Shown: positions 26,801 to 36,900 of the stretch, one piece after another
Layout: every line of letters starts with the position of its first letter
Numbering within the stretch: the first letter of the stretch is position 1
Assembly: GCA_013265495.1 (NCBI GenBank)
Contig: MU057930.1
Span: 257,599 to 321,598, forward strand
DNA from: Vicugna vicugna
Lineage: Eukaryota
Direction of reading: 5' to 3'
DNA length: 64,000 nucleotides
Notes under the pieces: model-generated
Seen by the model: only the letters and a program-made list of their open reading frames with translations
Told to the model about the DNA's origin: nothing
Database searches by the model: none
Position numbers and translations under genes: made by a program

Positions 26801-29800
26801 ACCTGGATTCAAAATTTCAGTGCTACGTCTGTTCATTTTAAGATGTGTAAACACCCACGGAACTGTGAGCTTGGCGGTTTTGCAAGAAGGGTGTGGCTAC
26901 ATCCGTGGAGAAACCGCGGTTTGGCGTTATTCCCTGAGAGTGGCGGTCCGCGTGACTCTCCGGGGCCTGGCTGTGCTGAGTCTGACCTGCTTGGACAGCT
27001 CAGTGTGTGGTGGTTGTCCCTAGGTGTGGACGATGGCTGATTTTTGTGGCTCACAGCACATTAGACAGCTGCTTCCATTGTGTTTGGTGGAATCAGATTC
27101 TTGTGGCTTCGGTGAAATGTCATGTCCTTTCGTCCCTCCCTCCCTCTTTCCTTCCTTGCTCCCTCCTTCCCTCTTCCCTCTGTTACATCTGTCTGTCTAG
27201 TTTTCCACTCATCCATCCATCTATCCATCCACCCAACCATCCATCCATCCATCATACCATCATATCTATCTATTATCTGTCCGTTTATGTATTTGCCAAT
27301 CTTTATCTTTCTATCCATCCATTTACTCATCTACCTATGTTAGTATCTATCAATGTATCTATCCATCCATCCATCAAATTCATCCATCTATCCTATCACT
27401 TATCTATGTATCTACCCTTTTGTCTTATCATCTGTCACTCATTTCTCTCTCCCCTCGCCCTTCCCTTCCTTCTCTATTTATGTATCTATCCGTCTGTCTG
27501 TCCATCCATCATGTATCTATCCATCCTGCCTACCTACCTTCCTATCTATCTATCTATCCATCCGTCTACCTGTCTGTCTATCTGCCTGTCTGTCTATCTA
27601 TCCATCCATCCATTCATGTATCTATCCATCTTATCTATCTATCCATCCATCCACCCATCATATCTACCATCTATCTGTCTATCCATCCATCCATCCGTCC
27701 TCCATGTATTCATGTATCTGTCTATGTAACTAGCTATCAGTCGTATCTGTCCATCTACCTGTCTAATCTGTCATTTATCTGCGTATCTACCCATTGCTCT
27801 ATCATCTGTCTCTCATGTCTCTCTCCCTTTCCTCCCCTCCCCCTCCTCAATTTTGCTGTCCACTCTGAGTCCACCCGCTGCTGCTCGCTGCTCTGTCAGC
27901 CTCTCTCCTTAACCATTGTGCTCAGAAGAGCTCTTTCTTTCTTTTCTTTCTTTTTTTTTTTTTTTGCAATGGGAAGATAATTAGATTTATTCATTTATTC
28001 TTAGAGGAGGGACTGGGGATCGAACCCAGGACCTCATGCATGCAAAGCACGTGCTCTTACCACTTGAGCTACCCCTCCCCACAGAGGACGTCTTTCTAAC
28101 AGCTCGCCGCTGCCTGGGCCGTGGGCACTCACCTGCAAGAAGACCTCTTGGAACTTTACTTCTGTTTTCTTTCTTTCTTTTTATTTTTGTCTCCCTTTCT
28201 CGACCTTCCGTTTCAGATGAGTCGAAGATGTAGGGAGCAGAAGACCCCAGGCGGGCCTCCGGGTCGTCCTCTCTGATCCGTGTTTGTCTACAAGGACGCG
28301 GAGTACAGAGCACACCCTGCCCCTGTGTCCGTGTCCTGTCTCGGGCAGTCGCCGCAGTGATGTGTTTTCCCCCAGCCCGGACTCCATCCCCCCAGCTCTT
28401 CATGTTTGCTCCCTTTCGGATGTGCAGAAGCTTACGATCTTATATTTTGAGGCACGGGGAGCTTCAGAAAAGGGAAGAGAGATGCAGAGATTCTGTTGCA
28501 AAGGGAAATCTGAAAGGAAGCAATGATGAGGCTTAGGGGCGGGTTCCCATGGACGAACCAGGTTTCTCACCCTCTGGTCCCTCCTTGCCAGTGGGTCCTC
28601 CGGGAGGATGGACGGCAGGGGCGGCCGCCTTCCTCCCTGCCCTGTCCTGGGTCGTAGGGTTTCATCTTTCCCCCCGATGGTGCAGTTTTTAACAGTCTGC
28701 TTCCATCGCCCCTGGATTTGTGTGGTCCTTTTCCAAGAATTAACTCTCTCTCTCCGTCTAACTTTTTTTTTTCCAAATATGTAAACTTCCCGGTTCTCAG
28801 CAGGGAAAAAAAAAAATCTGCACATTTAGGAATAACCTAAAAAAAACTTCAGGATCTTAAAATTCTAAGGTCAGCAGAGCAGGGTGAGTGATGGGGTCTT
28901 GTGGACACTGAGAATTTTTGCATCCTTATGCATATCCCTGTATGCATGGAAATCATGACATTTGTCCCCCCTTCGTCACATCAGACCAGCTCCTTTTTGG
29001 GTGTAAACATTACTCTTTTATTCAGACCTTGGCTGAGGGTCAAGGTGAATGGGTGGTGGTCTTATGGGGGCTGAGTTGCAGGTTTGGGGGTTCGTATCTG
29101 GAGCTGGGTTGACAACCCTGCAATGGGGACTCTAAATGCTCCTCCCGGGTGTGGGCACCCTCCACTGGGCTGTTCTCGCTCCGGGTCACATTTGGCTCCA
29201 GCTAAACATGGTCTCAACAAGGCAGAATCCCGGCTTCTTGGAGACCCCCCGCCCCGGAGGGCAGAGCCCCACTGTCATCACGGCCGGCGGTGCCCTTGCC
29301 CCATTCCTGTATGTGCCGACTTCGCTGGGTCCTCTCCTGACCCACGAGGCACCCACCCTCAGGCTCTCCCCAGATGCCCGGCGGTTGTGACAGCAACGTC
29401 GAAATACAGTGTGCCCACCCCATCCCTCCCCTCCAGCCCGAAATGTTTATTCAGATAGTGGGGAACTGGACATAACTTCTTTACTTGCTGGAAATCACGT
29501 TTGGCCCCAAACGGATTTTGTTCTTGGCACACTTCACTGTTTCACAGGCATTTTTTCCCCCGTTTCCTTAAACACTGCCAGATGCGATGTAGGCTTTCCA
29601 CAGCGCCATTAGAGTATTCTTGCTGCGTTTCTTTCTGTCTTTTCTTTTCCTCTTCTTTTGTTTTTCCGTTTAAATTGGGCTGGGGGGGGTGGCTTAGCTT
29701 GTGAAATGAAAGCATATTTAGGATTTCTTGCCATAACCGTTCGCTCTAATATGTATCTGTGTTGATTACCTGCCTGAGTAGCAGAAGACAGGACATGTGT

Positions 29801-31916
29801 GGCCACCGTCCTGCACGATGTTCATAGGTCCCTTTGAATACTCTCCTCTTTGCGTGTCTTTCTTCCTTCCTTCCTTCCCTTCCTTCTCCTTCCTCCCTTC
29901 CCTTCCTTCCTTCCTTCCTTCCTTTCTTCCTTTTTCTTTCTTCCTCTCTCTCCCTTTCTTTCTCTCTCTTTTTGTCTTTCTTTCTCCTTTTCTTTTTTGA
30001 ACCTCAGGATTTTGGTCTCTAACTGGGGTCTCCTCTCGTGGTCAGTGGAGAGGGCGACACCTTACCAAAATCCAGTTCCCAGAGAGGGTGACGCGTGTTT
30101 CTGGGACCCGGATGGAAAGTGGGGCCGGCTGTTGACCCCGGGACGAGGCCGCTGTGCTCTGGCAGCCGGGGACGCCGTTGTCACGGGTCCCGGGAGCTCG
30201 TCTGGCTCCTTTCATGTCACGTGTGCTTCCTACGCCTTCACGACCGCGCAGCAAAGAAATAAACATGTTTGGACCTGGAACCTGTCGTGCGTTTTGAATT
30301 CAGCTGCCCCGCGCGGGTGCTTGGAGAACCTTCGGGGGCGGGGTTTTGTTCAGCCTGATGCCTGTTGGAGAGATTGTGGAATCAAACTTTGGAAATAAAA
30401 AAACAGATGGAAAGAACACTGCGGGAAGATGGCAGGACGCCACGAGGCGAGCCCTCCGGCAGCATGAGCAGGGCGGGCCTTTGCTTTTGGGGCGGACGGC
30501 TGGGTGGGCCGGTGGGGGCTGGGTCTGCCTGAGAACCATGACCAGGGTGTGGTGCCTTTGTGCTCACCCCCTTGCGGCGTTTGTTCTTCCTTGCAGCCGA
30601 CCAGGGCGAGGTCAATATGGAAAACCATCAGAGCACCAACGCTGAGCCACCTGGTGAGAAGGGACACTGAGTGTCACCCCCCCCCCCAGCATTTCTGTTC
30701 AACGTCCTCCCACCGCGGTCCTGCCCGCCTTTCTCAAATCCGGCTTTGTGGTCCTTCATGCTTCGTAGCTTTCAAGGGGATGCGTTTGGGAGGCGAGATA
30801 TAAACATCCCTGGGCCTGAGGCTTCGGAGGGGACCCAAGCCATCTTTAAGGTCTCTTTAAATCCTGGGGACAATGATCGTCCAAGTGGTGCCCCGTGGCT
30901 GCGTGGTCAGAATGTGCAACCTCTGAGAGGCAACTTCTGGTCACTTTGACAAGATTTCCCCCCCAACCAGGTGGGAACTCGGGCCGAGAGGAGGTAGTTT
31001 AAATGACGGAAACTTCTCGGGGCCACTCTTGAAAATGTCAGGAAGACACAACGATGGCTGTATATGCCTGTGTGTTTCTGTCTTTTATTTTTGTGCTTCT
31101 GTGGAGACTCACTCCTGTGCCCAAGGGAGGCAGCATTTATCGAATAAGACACCCGTGGAATGGAGATGAGTTTTTAACGTTAAAATATTTTGAACGCTAA
31201 AGACAGAGACGTTCAGAAAGTTGGGGTCTCGCTCACGGCTGCTTCTAATAAAGAAAAGATGTGTAAAATGAGCGATCTTTTTTTTTTTATATTCATAGTA
31301 TTTTTAATTCTTTTTTTTTCCTTTTTCTTTTGGTAGGGGAGGTAACTAGATTGATTTATTTATTTGTTTTTAGAAGAGACACTGGGGTGGAACCAGGACC
31401 TCGTGTGTGCTAAACACGCGCTCTACCCCTGAGCTACACCCTCCCCCCTAAAATGAGCCGTCATTTTTAAGCACCCCAAATGCAAAACAGCCCTCTAAAA
31501 CATAAACGAACTGACCATAAAACCTTAGCCCCAAATCGTTGCAAATTGACCAACGCTGCGGGCCCTCATTTAGAACATTATTTGTTCTGAAATTGGCTAT
31601 TTTACTGGCATTTCTTACCTTTTCAGAAAAGTCGCTGGCAGAGAATGCGCCCTCCATTTCCTCTCTGTGTTCCCCGAAGTATCTCTTTGCTTCTAGCCAC
31701 CATGGCATCGTAGTGTGAAATTTCTTGAATTTTTTCCCTGGCCGATTAGATCTAGTTTTTTGCTTCCTGCCTGCAAGCAGTTTTGAGCTCAGGCCCTCAG
31801 GCGGAAGTAGGATTGGAAGCTGCGTTCGTGCGCGTGTGGGGGGAGCCGGGGTGCCTGTCAACTGTGTCCTTGCGTCTCTGTCCTCTGCAGTTCAACAGAC
31901 TCTTCTGGACAAATAG
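542..31916 (+). CDS. CD99: CD99 antigen, spliced CDS join(542..608,14454..14486,15420..15464,16290..16328,16983..17051,20348..20392,22628..22702,24394..24507,30597..30653,31891..31916); 570 nt, 189 aa
   Basis: Exons join in frame across GT-AG introns. The product has signal peptide MARRAVCALLLVGLLGTLLPARG, acidic motifs DFDLSDALD/YFNLEDAI/FSDSDL, TM VVPGIIGAVVVAVAGAISSFIAY followed by QKKKLCFKEN, and C-terminus AEPPVQQTLLDK*, matching CD99 family hallmarks. Confidence 0.96.
2940..3130. mobile_element. MER20-like hAT DNA transposon
   Basis: ccccaggggacacttggcaaagtctggagacattttt-ggttgtcacaact…gaccagggacgcagct signature. Confidence 0.75.
3737..4126 (+). mobile_element. L1 3' end with poly(A) tail and TSD aatgcagtta (3727-3736 / 4127-4136)
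   Basis: aaacagactcacagacataga…gtagcacaggga…caacattgtaaactgac, AATAAA repeats, long A tail, flanking direct repeat. Confidence 0.85.
5200..5660 (-). mobile_element. Internally deleted Tigger1 derivative
   Basis: ccagaccaccgcaataaagcgagtcac at one end and ggaaaatggcaccgaca…gcagggttgcc at the other match Tigger1 termini (recalled consensus). Confidence 0.7.
10130..11250. repeat. Extremely AT-rich degenerate ~120-bp tandem repeat
   Basis: Recurring tattcatttatataattgatagtttc…taaattataaattacataattta units. Confidence 0.75.
11370..12250. promoter_or_regulatory. Intronic CpG-rich island in CD99 intron 1
   Basis: Abrupt GC/CpG-rich block with alternating purine-pyrimidine runs. Confidence 0.55.
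12325..12420 (-). mobile_element. Vic-1-like SINE interrupted by poly(T)
   Basis: aatggaggtactgcggatggaacgcaggtc…ctaagcac[Tn]…ctgagttac. Confidence 0.6.
12935..13515 (-). mobile_element. L1 3' UTR fragment with an inserted SINE
   Basis: ttaattgaagtagagttg…ctgttaatcccaaactcccaatttatccctccc…gctgcaaatggcatta. Confidence 0.8.
13290..13376 (-). mobile_element. Vic-1-like tRNA-derived SINE
   Basis: ggaggaactggggattgggcccaggacctcctgcatggtaagc. Confidence 0.7.
14454..14486 (+). CDS. CD99: CD99 exon 2 (GQDFDLSDALD)
   Basis: ctctccctcttag acceptor, 33 nt, donor GTGAGT. Confidence 0.93.
15420..15464 (+). CDS. CD99: CD99 exon 3 (DSGTKSTSAPKKPSA)
   Basis: tcttttctctttag acceptor, 45 nt, donor GTAAGC; PKKPSA motif as in human. 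Confidence 0.9.
15709..15776. repeat. (TTCC)17 perfect microsatellite
   Basis: Counted directly. Confidence 0.95.
15818..15930 (-). mobile_element. Vic-1-like tRNA-derived SINE
   Basis: ggaggtaattaggttt…ggggattgaacccaggacctc…cactgagctgtgccctcccc; Pol III A/B boxes on the minus strand. Confidence 0.8.
16290..16328 (+). CDS. CD99: CD99 exon 4 (GDYFNLEDAIGGH)
   Basis: ttttcttccctcag acceptor, 39 nt, donor GTAAGT; second acidic FxLxDA motif. Confidence 0.9.
16983..17051 (+). CDS. CD99: CD99 exon 5 (NDPTSRSPPKPKPNPDPSHPGSS)
   Basis: ctctcatcccttacag acceptor, 69 nt, donor GTAAGA; Pro-rich. Confidence 0.92.
17672..17790 (-). mobile_element. Vic-1-like SINE
   Basis: Same consensus as the copy at 15818. 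Confidence 0.8.
18985..19135 (-). mobile_element. Vic-1-like SINE
   Basis: Same consensus as the copy at 15818. Confidence 0.8.
20348..20392 (+). CDS. CD99: CD99 exon 6 (GGFSDSDLIEGNSGG)
   Basis: gtttttctttctag acceptor, 45 nt, donor GTAGGG; FSDxDL motif. Confidence 0.9.
20576..20725 (-). mobile_element. Vic-1-like SINE
   Basis: Same consensus, with (TATC)n in the tail. Confidence 0.8.
20935..21230 (-). mobile_element. L1 3' UTR fragment
   Basis: ttatagttgatgtacaat…cactggtcacaactagtctgttctctgtatctg. Confidence 0.75.
22628..22702 (+). CDS. CD99: CD99 exon 7 (Gly-rich, GGGGGGAGGGGGGAGGNQRHDGEEQ)
   Basis: cttcctctcttgcag acceptor, 75 nt, donor GTATGT. Confidence 0.9.
22855..23310 (-). mobile_element. 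Second internally deleted Tigger1 derivative
   Basis: gcgggttcggttccaacccaccgcaaataaagcg…tgttgggaaaatggcgcc; colinear with the copy at 5200. Confidence 0.7.
23420..23870. mobile_element. MaLR/ERVL-type LTR (MLT-like)
   Basis: ttggctcacgtagttgtggaggctagg…gtcaagctgatgcttaattaaccatca. Confidence 0.6.
24394..24507 (+). CDS. CD99: CD99 exon 8 (transmembrane domain)
   Basis: GESQGVVPGIIGAVVVAVAGAISSFIAYQKKKLCFKEN; 114 nt; donor GTAAGA. Confidence 0.97.
27190..27800. repeat. Compound (CATC/TATC)n simple repeat
   Basis: Read directly; source of the spurious IHPS/YLS ORFs. Confidence 0.9.
27968..28081 (-). mobile_element. Vic-1-like SINE
   Basis: Same consensus as the copy at 15818. Confidence 0.8.
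28217..28233 (+). CDS. CD99: Putative alternative CD99 exon giving a short-tail isoform ending KEN-DESKM*
   Basis: Long pyrimidine tract from about 28155 ending tttcag; in phase 1 reads D-E-S-K-M-TAG; position corresponds to the human type II exon in intron 8. Confidence 0.6.
29860..29998. repeat. (TTCC/TTTC)n polypyrimidine repeat
   Basis: Read directly. Confidence 0.85.
30597..30653 (+). CDS. CD99: CD99 exon 9 (ADQGEVNMENHQSTNAEPP)
   Basis: ttgttcttccttgcag acceptor, 57 nt, donor GTGAGA. Confidence 0.94.
31333..31448 (-). mobile_element. Vic-1-like SINE
   Basis: Same consensus as the copy at 15818. Confidence 0.8.
31891..31916 (+). CDS. CD99: CD99 last coding exon (VQQTLLDK*)
   Basis: tctctgtcctctgcag acceptor; TAG at 31914-31916. 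Confidence 0.94.
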
Positions 31917-32392
31917 GAGACTGGCAGCCACGTGGCCCCGCGGTCCCAGCAGGGCCACAAGCCCGCCTGCGGGGCCCGCTCTGAAGACGGCTGCTCCGCC
32001 GGGAGCCAGCCGCGTCTCGTCGGTGCCTTCGCTCAAGTCGGATTCCTTGCTGTCACCTTGAGATGCCTGTCGCCGCCGAGCTGGCTCGATGATACTGACT
32101 TAGGACTAGTTTCGCATCCAGACAGGACTGACCCCCACCTTGTCCATGGCCCTGAGGGGTTTCCCGTGTGACGTGGAAGGCTGACTGTCCCCCAGTCCCC
32201 GTCATTCGAATATCGATCCCGCTGAACTTCCCGGAACAGAAGCTCTGGGCTGTTTAACAAATTGCCTTTAAGTTGAGTGTGTGTGAGCCTTCCCTAACGT
32301 CGACTTGACCCTTTTATAGAGGGAGATAAGCCTTTGGTTAGCTTCCTCAAAAATCCTTTTATTTGCCAAGATTTGTTTGTTCACATCACACT

Positions 32393-32398
32393 AATAAA
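32393..32398 (+). terminator. CD99 polyadenylation signal AATAAA
   Basis: First AATAAA seen downstream of the stop (~480 nt), followed by T-rich sequence. Confidence 0.75.
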
Positions 32399-32619
32399 AA
32401 GAAATTGGAAACCAAGTACTTTTCACTTACATGTTTTACCACCTGGGTGACTTGTAAAGAAGGCCGTGACACTAACGGAATGGAGCCCACGGTCCCTTCT
32501 CTGGGGCTGTAAGACTGATGTTCACCCTAAGTGCAGGCTCTTTATTTCTGGCGTTTTCTTGATCTACCCATTCCTTTTCGTTTATCTTGTCACGTTGGGA
32601 ACAAGTATTTCTTAGCATT

Positions 32620-32893
32620 CAGCTACTTCCCTGCATCAGATACTCCCCTGCACCAGAGACTCCCCTGCACCAGATACTCCCGTGCATCAGATACTCCCTG
32701 CACCAGATACTCCTCTGCACCAGATATTCCTCTGCATCCAGATACTCCCTTGCATGAGATACTCCTCTGCATCCAGATACTCCCCTGCATGAGATACTCC
32801 CCTGCACCAGATACTCCCCTGCATCCAGATACTCCCCTGACCAGATACTCCCCTGCATCCAGATACTCCCCTGCAACAGAGACTCCCCTGCAT
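32620..32893. repeat. Minisatellite, about 16 copies of ~17-bp CAGATACTCCCCTGCAY
   Basis: Units read directly. Confidence 0.9.
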
Positions 32894-34424
32894 CTTCCAT
32901 GCAGATGAATGCTACGAATTTGTACTGTCTTTAAAAAATCTTTATCAGCGTCAATGTGAGAGCTCGGTTGACCGTTCTGTGACAGAGAACCTCCTTCTAT
33001 ACTTCCTGACAGATGCTCAAGAACTGAAATCACGGTTTTCCCCAGGCAACCCCCGATGCCTTCACCACCTTCAGGGGCACGGCCCCCATTTAGGATGGTG
33101 CGCCCGTTGCAAAGCTTCCAAAGTGCATGCTTCTGTGTGAAAGTTCGGAAAGGGGTCTGCTTGGGTTTGGAGGTCCATCGCGTCCAGCGTAGAAGCCCTG
33201 GTGTGGTGGATGGGGGGACCGCGTCCGTGGAAACACGAGGTCATCCTGCGTTTCCAGCGGCACAGACGTGCTCACGTGAGGCTCTTGGGACGGTTGTCCA
33301 GAGAGGCGGTGGTGTCCTGGGAATGCTTCATCTCGTCCCGGAGAAGGGGCTGACGAGCTGTAGCGGGTCTCACGTCAGTCGCTCCCGGTTCAGGAGGTGC
33401 GGTGCCATCACACCTGTGTGGGCTGCCGCCTTCCGCAGTCAGCTGTCTTTGGGGCAGGGATGATATCGGGCATCGCTCAGGAGTCCTGAGTCTTTCCCAC
33501 TTGGAAGCTCAGCAGCTGTGGGGGGGTGGGTAGCTGAGCTGCCCCCTCCGCTCCTGAGTCTCACTCACCCTGTCCACACCCATATCCTTTCACTGGCCCC
33601 TCCTCCCCTCACTTGTCTAAAAGTACTTGGAGCTGCCGTCTCAGGGGACCGGCATCTGGTGCCTAAAGCTATTCTATCTTTGGCATTCTGATAAATTTTG
33701 AGTCTATGAAACAGTTTCAAAAAAAAAAAAAAAGAGAGAGAGACTGGCTATTTATCAGATCTATTCATTGCTTCATTCAACAAATACCTTGATTAGATGC
33801 TCCCGTCACCACGGCCCTGGGTGTGTGTACAGTGGTGGACATGGCGTCCTGGATTCTACAGGATGTAACACAAATACACTGTGTCCATCAATGGATGGGG
33901 TCATCCAGCTGTCAAGAGCTGAGGGCTGGATGAGTCCACGTGCCTGGGTCCCACGGCTAGCTACCACCGAACACCTGGTCACAAGGGTAGCAGACGGTGT
34001 CCACGTTCGCCCCAAATGAATCCTCAAGCGTTGCCTTCAGGGTCAGATTCTGCACACAGACTTGCTCTACGGTAAGAAAAATAAACGCATTAATCCTTTT
34101 TGTAGCTCTGTGAGTAACACTGATGTTTTTATAAGCATCGTGGTCATACTAGAAGCATAAATGTCTCATGAAAGGAGAGAACACTGAAAGATGAGTATTT
34201 TCTTAAGAATATGAAATTATGACTCACTCTTAAATAAATCTATCCATGTAAGGAATATATCAACGAGGTTTCCTTTTTTTTTTTTTAAATGTTGGGTGAA
34301 TGTACCTTGTCGCAAACTCAATTTAATTTCACATTGACCTTAAAATCTACAGGATTTGATCAAAGGTGGATCTTTTGAAAACCTGAGTTGAAATGACTCA
34401 GCTAGCTGAACTGTTAAATTGTTG

Positions 34425-34610
34425 GCAAAACAACAAGTTTCTACTGTCCAGCACAGGGAACTATATTCAATACCTTGTAATAATCGATAATAAAAAAGAA
34501 TATGAAAAGGAATATGTACGTATATGTGGGTAACTGAGTCAGCCGGCTGTACACCTGAAACTAACACAACATTGTCAATCAACTCTACTTCAACTGAAAG
34601 AAAAAAGGAA
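34425..34610 (+). mobile_element. L1 3' end fragment
   Basis: cagcacagggaactatattcaatacc…ctgtacacctgaaactaacacaacattg. Confidence 0.8.
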
Positions 34611-35139
34611 AGAATCTAGCCCCTGTCTGACACTGGCCCCCGGTGGCATTATCCTCGATAAAGGACGCTGTCTCGGTCCTCCCCTGATTAAAAGTGCAAC
34701 GTTGCCCCCCCTCCGCACCACCTGCAGAACAGAGCTGTCTGTGGAGCACAGAGAAGGACCAAAATCAAGCCCCTACTGTCATTTAATCCTCACAGGACGC
34801 AGCCCAAACCGTGACTCAGGAGCTGAGACACGCCCGCCCAGAGGGCCCTCCTCCCCTCCCCTTCCCTCCAGCACATCTGCACCTCCCCCTTCAAGGCCTG
34901 ACTCACACGCGACGTGGGGCCCCCGAAGCACCGCCACTGACTTGAGTTATCGCCCTTTTATGGCACGTTCAGGTGTTTTCTGCTTCTCACAGTTCTGTCC
35001 TCATTTTGATGGCCTTGAGTCTTGTGGCCACAGCTGGTGTCCCTTCTGGACACCCCGGCTCACGGCTGCCAGGCATCAGAGACAGTGAGCCCACAGATAG
35101 GAGGCGGTTTGTATACGGCCCTCTCTGTGCCTCAGTTGC

Positions 35140-35510
35140 GGGCGGCATGAGTCTGACGGCTCCTAGAATACATAATGCAGACGGGGCGGCTTGAAGAGCA
35201 GGCATTGTGTCTCCCCGTCCTGGAGGCTGGAATGTGAGGTCAGGGTGTGAGCAGGGCTGGTGTCTCCTGAGCCCTCTCCCCTTGGTGTGTAGACGGCCGT
35301 CTCCTCCCTGTGTCTCCAGGTCTTGGAGGGCAGTCTCGGGGGTCTCTTGTTGTAAGGCCGCCAATCCCATCATGGGGGCCCCACCCTCATGGCCTCCACT
35401 GACCCTACTCACCTGCTAAAGTCTCTCCCTCCAGACACCATCCCATTGCAGGTCAGGGCTGCCACGTATGAACTGTGGATGGCGGGGCACTAAGACTCAG
35501 GCCACACCAG
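35140..35510. mobile_element. MLT1-type MaLR LTR
   Basis: cctggaggctggaatgtgaggtcagggtgtgagcagggctgg…gccccaccctcatggcctc. Confidence 0.65.
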
Positions 35511-35879
35511 CTGTCAGTGTGCACAGCACCCCCGAGAGTTGACCTCGCAGTGGCCCTGGGTTCCTCCTCCCTTCCCGGTGTCCCTCCTGTCCTCCCTCAG
35601 TCCTCACTGCTCATCGTCTTCTCCCATTTCTTTCCCACCCAGCCTTTAAAATTAGCTTTGCGGCTCAACCATCTCTAGACACCTTTACAGTACGGGTTGG
35701 GTGCCCCCCTCCCCCGCCTCTGTATGCGTTGTCTGCACACGACAATGACCTGATTGCAATGCTCGGCGACCCCTCCTCTTCGTAAACAGCTTCTCCTCCT
35801 GTGTGGCCGCACAGCTGGCGTCTGGCCTGCACCTGGCTCAGAACGCGACGCATCGGGTGTTTGTTGAGTGAATGCACAA

Positions 35880-36900
35880 ACTCCTGCGACATCCCACACT
35901 CGGTGGGAGGCGGAGACCCCGGCATTCACGAGGCGGTGCGTCCAGGCTCAGGTGGGAGGGCCACGTGACACGTGCTTCCCCGCCGCGGACTCACGGTTCC
36001 GCCACCTACAGCGGTAAGTGGGGTCCAGGGACGACTGGGTGAAAGGTACCGGGTCGAAGGCGGAGCTGAACGCGGCTCTACGCGCCGACCCTTGCGTGGG
36101 CGTTGGCGCGGCGCTGGGCCCGCGCCGCCCCGCGGGAGGGGTCCCGGGGAGCCTCCGTCGGCCTCGGCGCGCCTCCCACGCCCGCGGGGCGCGGAGCTGC
36201 CGGGCGAGCGGGCGGGCTTCCCGGAGCCGGGGCGCCGCAGGGCGCGCGGGCCGCGTCGCCTGGGTCCTCGCGGGGCGGCCGGCTCCCCGGCGCGCAGGCA
36301 CTCGCCCCACGCGGCCCCGAGCGCCCGGCCCACTGGACGCCGGCCAAGCAGGGGCCTGCAGTTGAGTCACACTCCCCGCCCGGGACGGCGGGAGTCGGCA
36401 CATCCTCCGTGCGCCCGTCCTCTGCCCTTCCGTCTGTCCAGGGCGCGGTGGCCGGGCCTCGCTGCCCACTCGACGGCGGGACCCCCCGCCCCCGCGCCCC
36501 CAGGTTCGTGTTTCCGGGAAGCAAGGATGGAGAGCTGGCGGGGCCTCTTCTGTCTCGCGTGCCTGTGCTTGCTGACGCCCGCGCGAGGTAAGGGACGCTC
36601 TGCTCCGGACGGTGCGAGTTTGCACCCGGTCGCTTGGGAAAGGCCGTAGCTGGTGGCACCTGTAGCGACAGGAGACGGAGGAGGCTGGCTGGGAGGGGCT
36701 GAGAAGGCCCAGGGGTCTGTCCCGGGCCTGGGAATTGAGCGCAGACGCGGAGGATGTGGGCCCAGAGCGCTGGGGAGCCAGCGGCTCCCTGGTTTGGCTC
36801 CCGGGCTGCGCCACGCGCGGAAAAAGTGGCCCGTGTTCCCGGCGCGCTGGGGTGTTGGGGAAAAAGCCGTGTTTCGTATTTAAAAGATCGGTTCTGATGA
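35880..36900. promoter_or_regulatory. XG CpG-island promoter; tandem CACGTG E-boxes at 35962-35974; AP-1 TGAGTCA at 36363-36369
   Basis: Dense CpG block around the first XG coding exon; motifs read directly. Confidence 0.8.
36527..36587 (+). CDS. XG: XG first coding exon (signal peptide)
   Basis: agg[24 protein letters not shown]; donor GTAAGG. Confidence 0.93.

Noticed and set aside
27007..27980. Hydrophobic 240-aa and 186-aa ORFs
   Set aside because: Translations of the (CATC/TATC)n simple repeat
32620..32893. CRISPR-like repeat array
   Set aside because: Head-to-tail units without unique spacers, mammalian context, no cas genes
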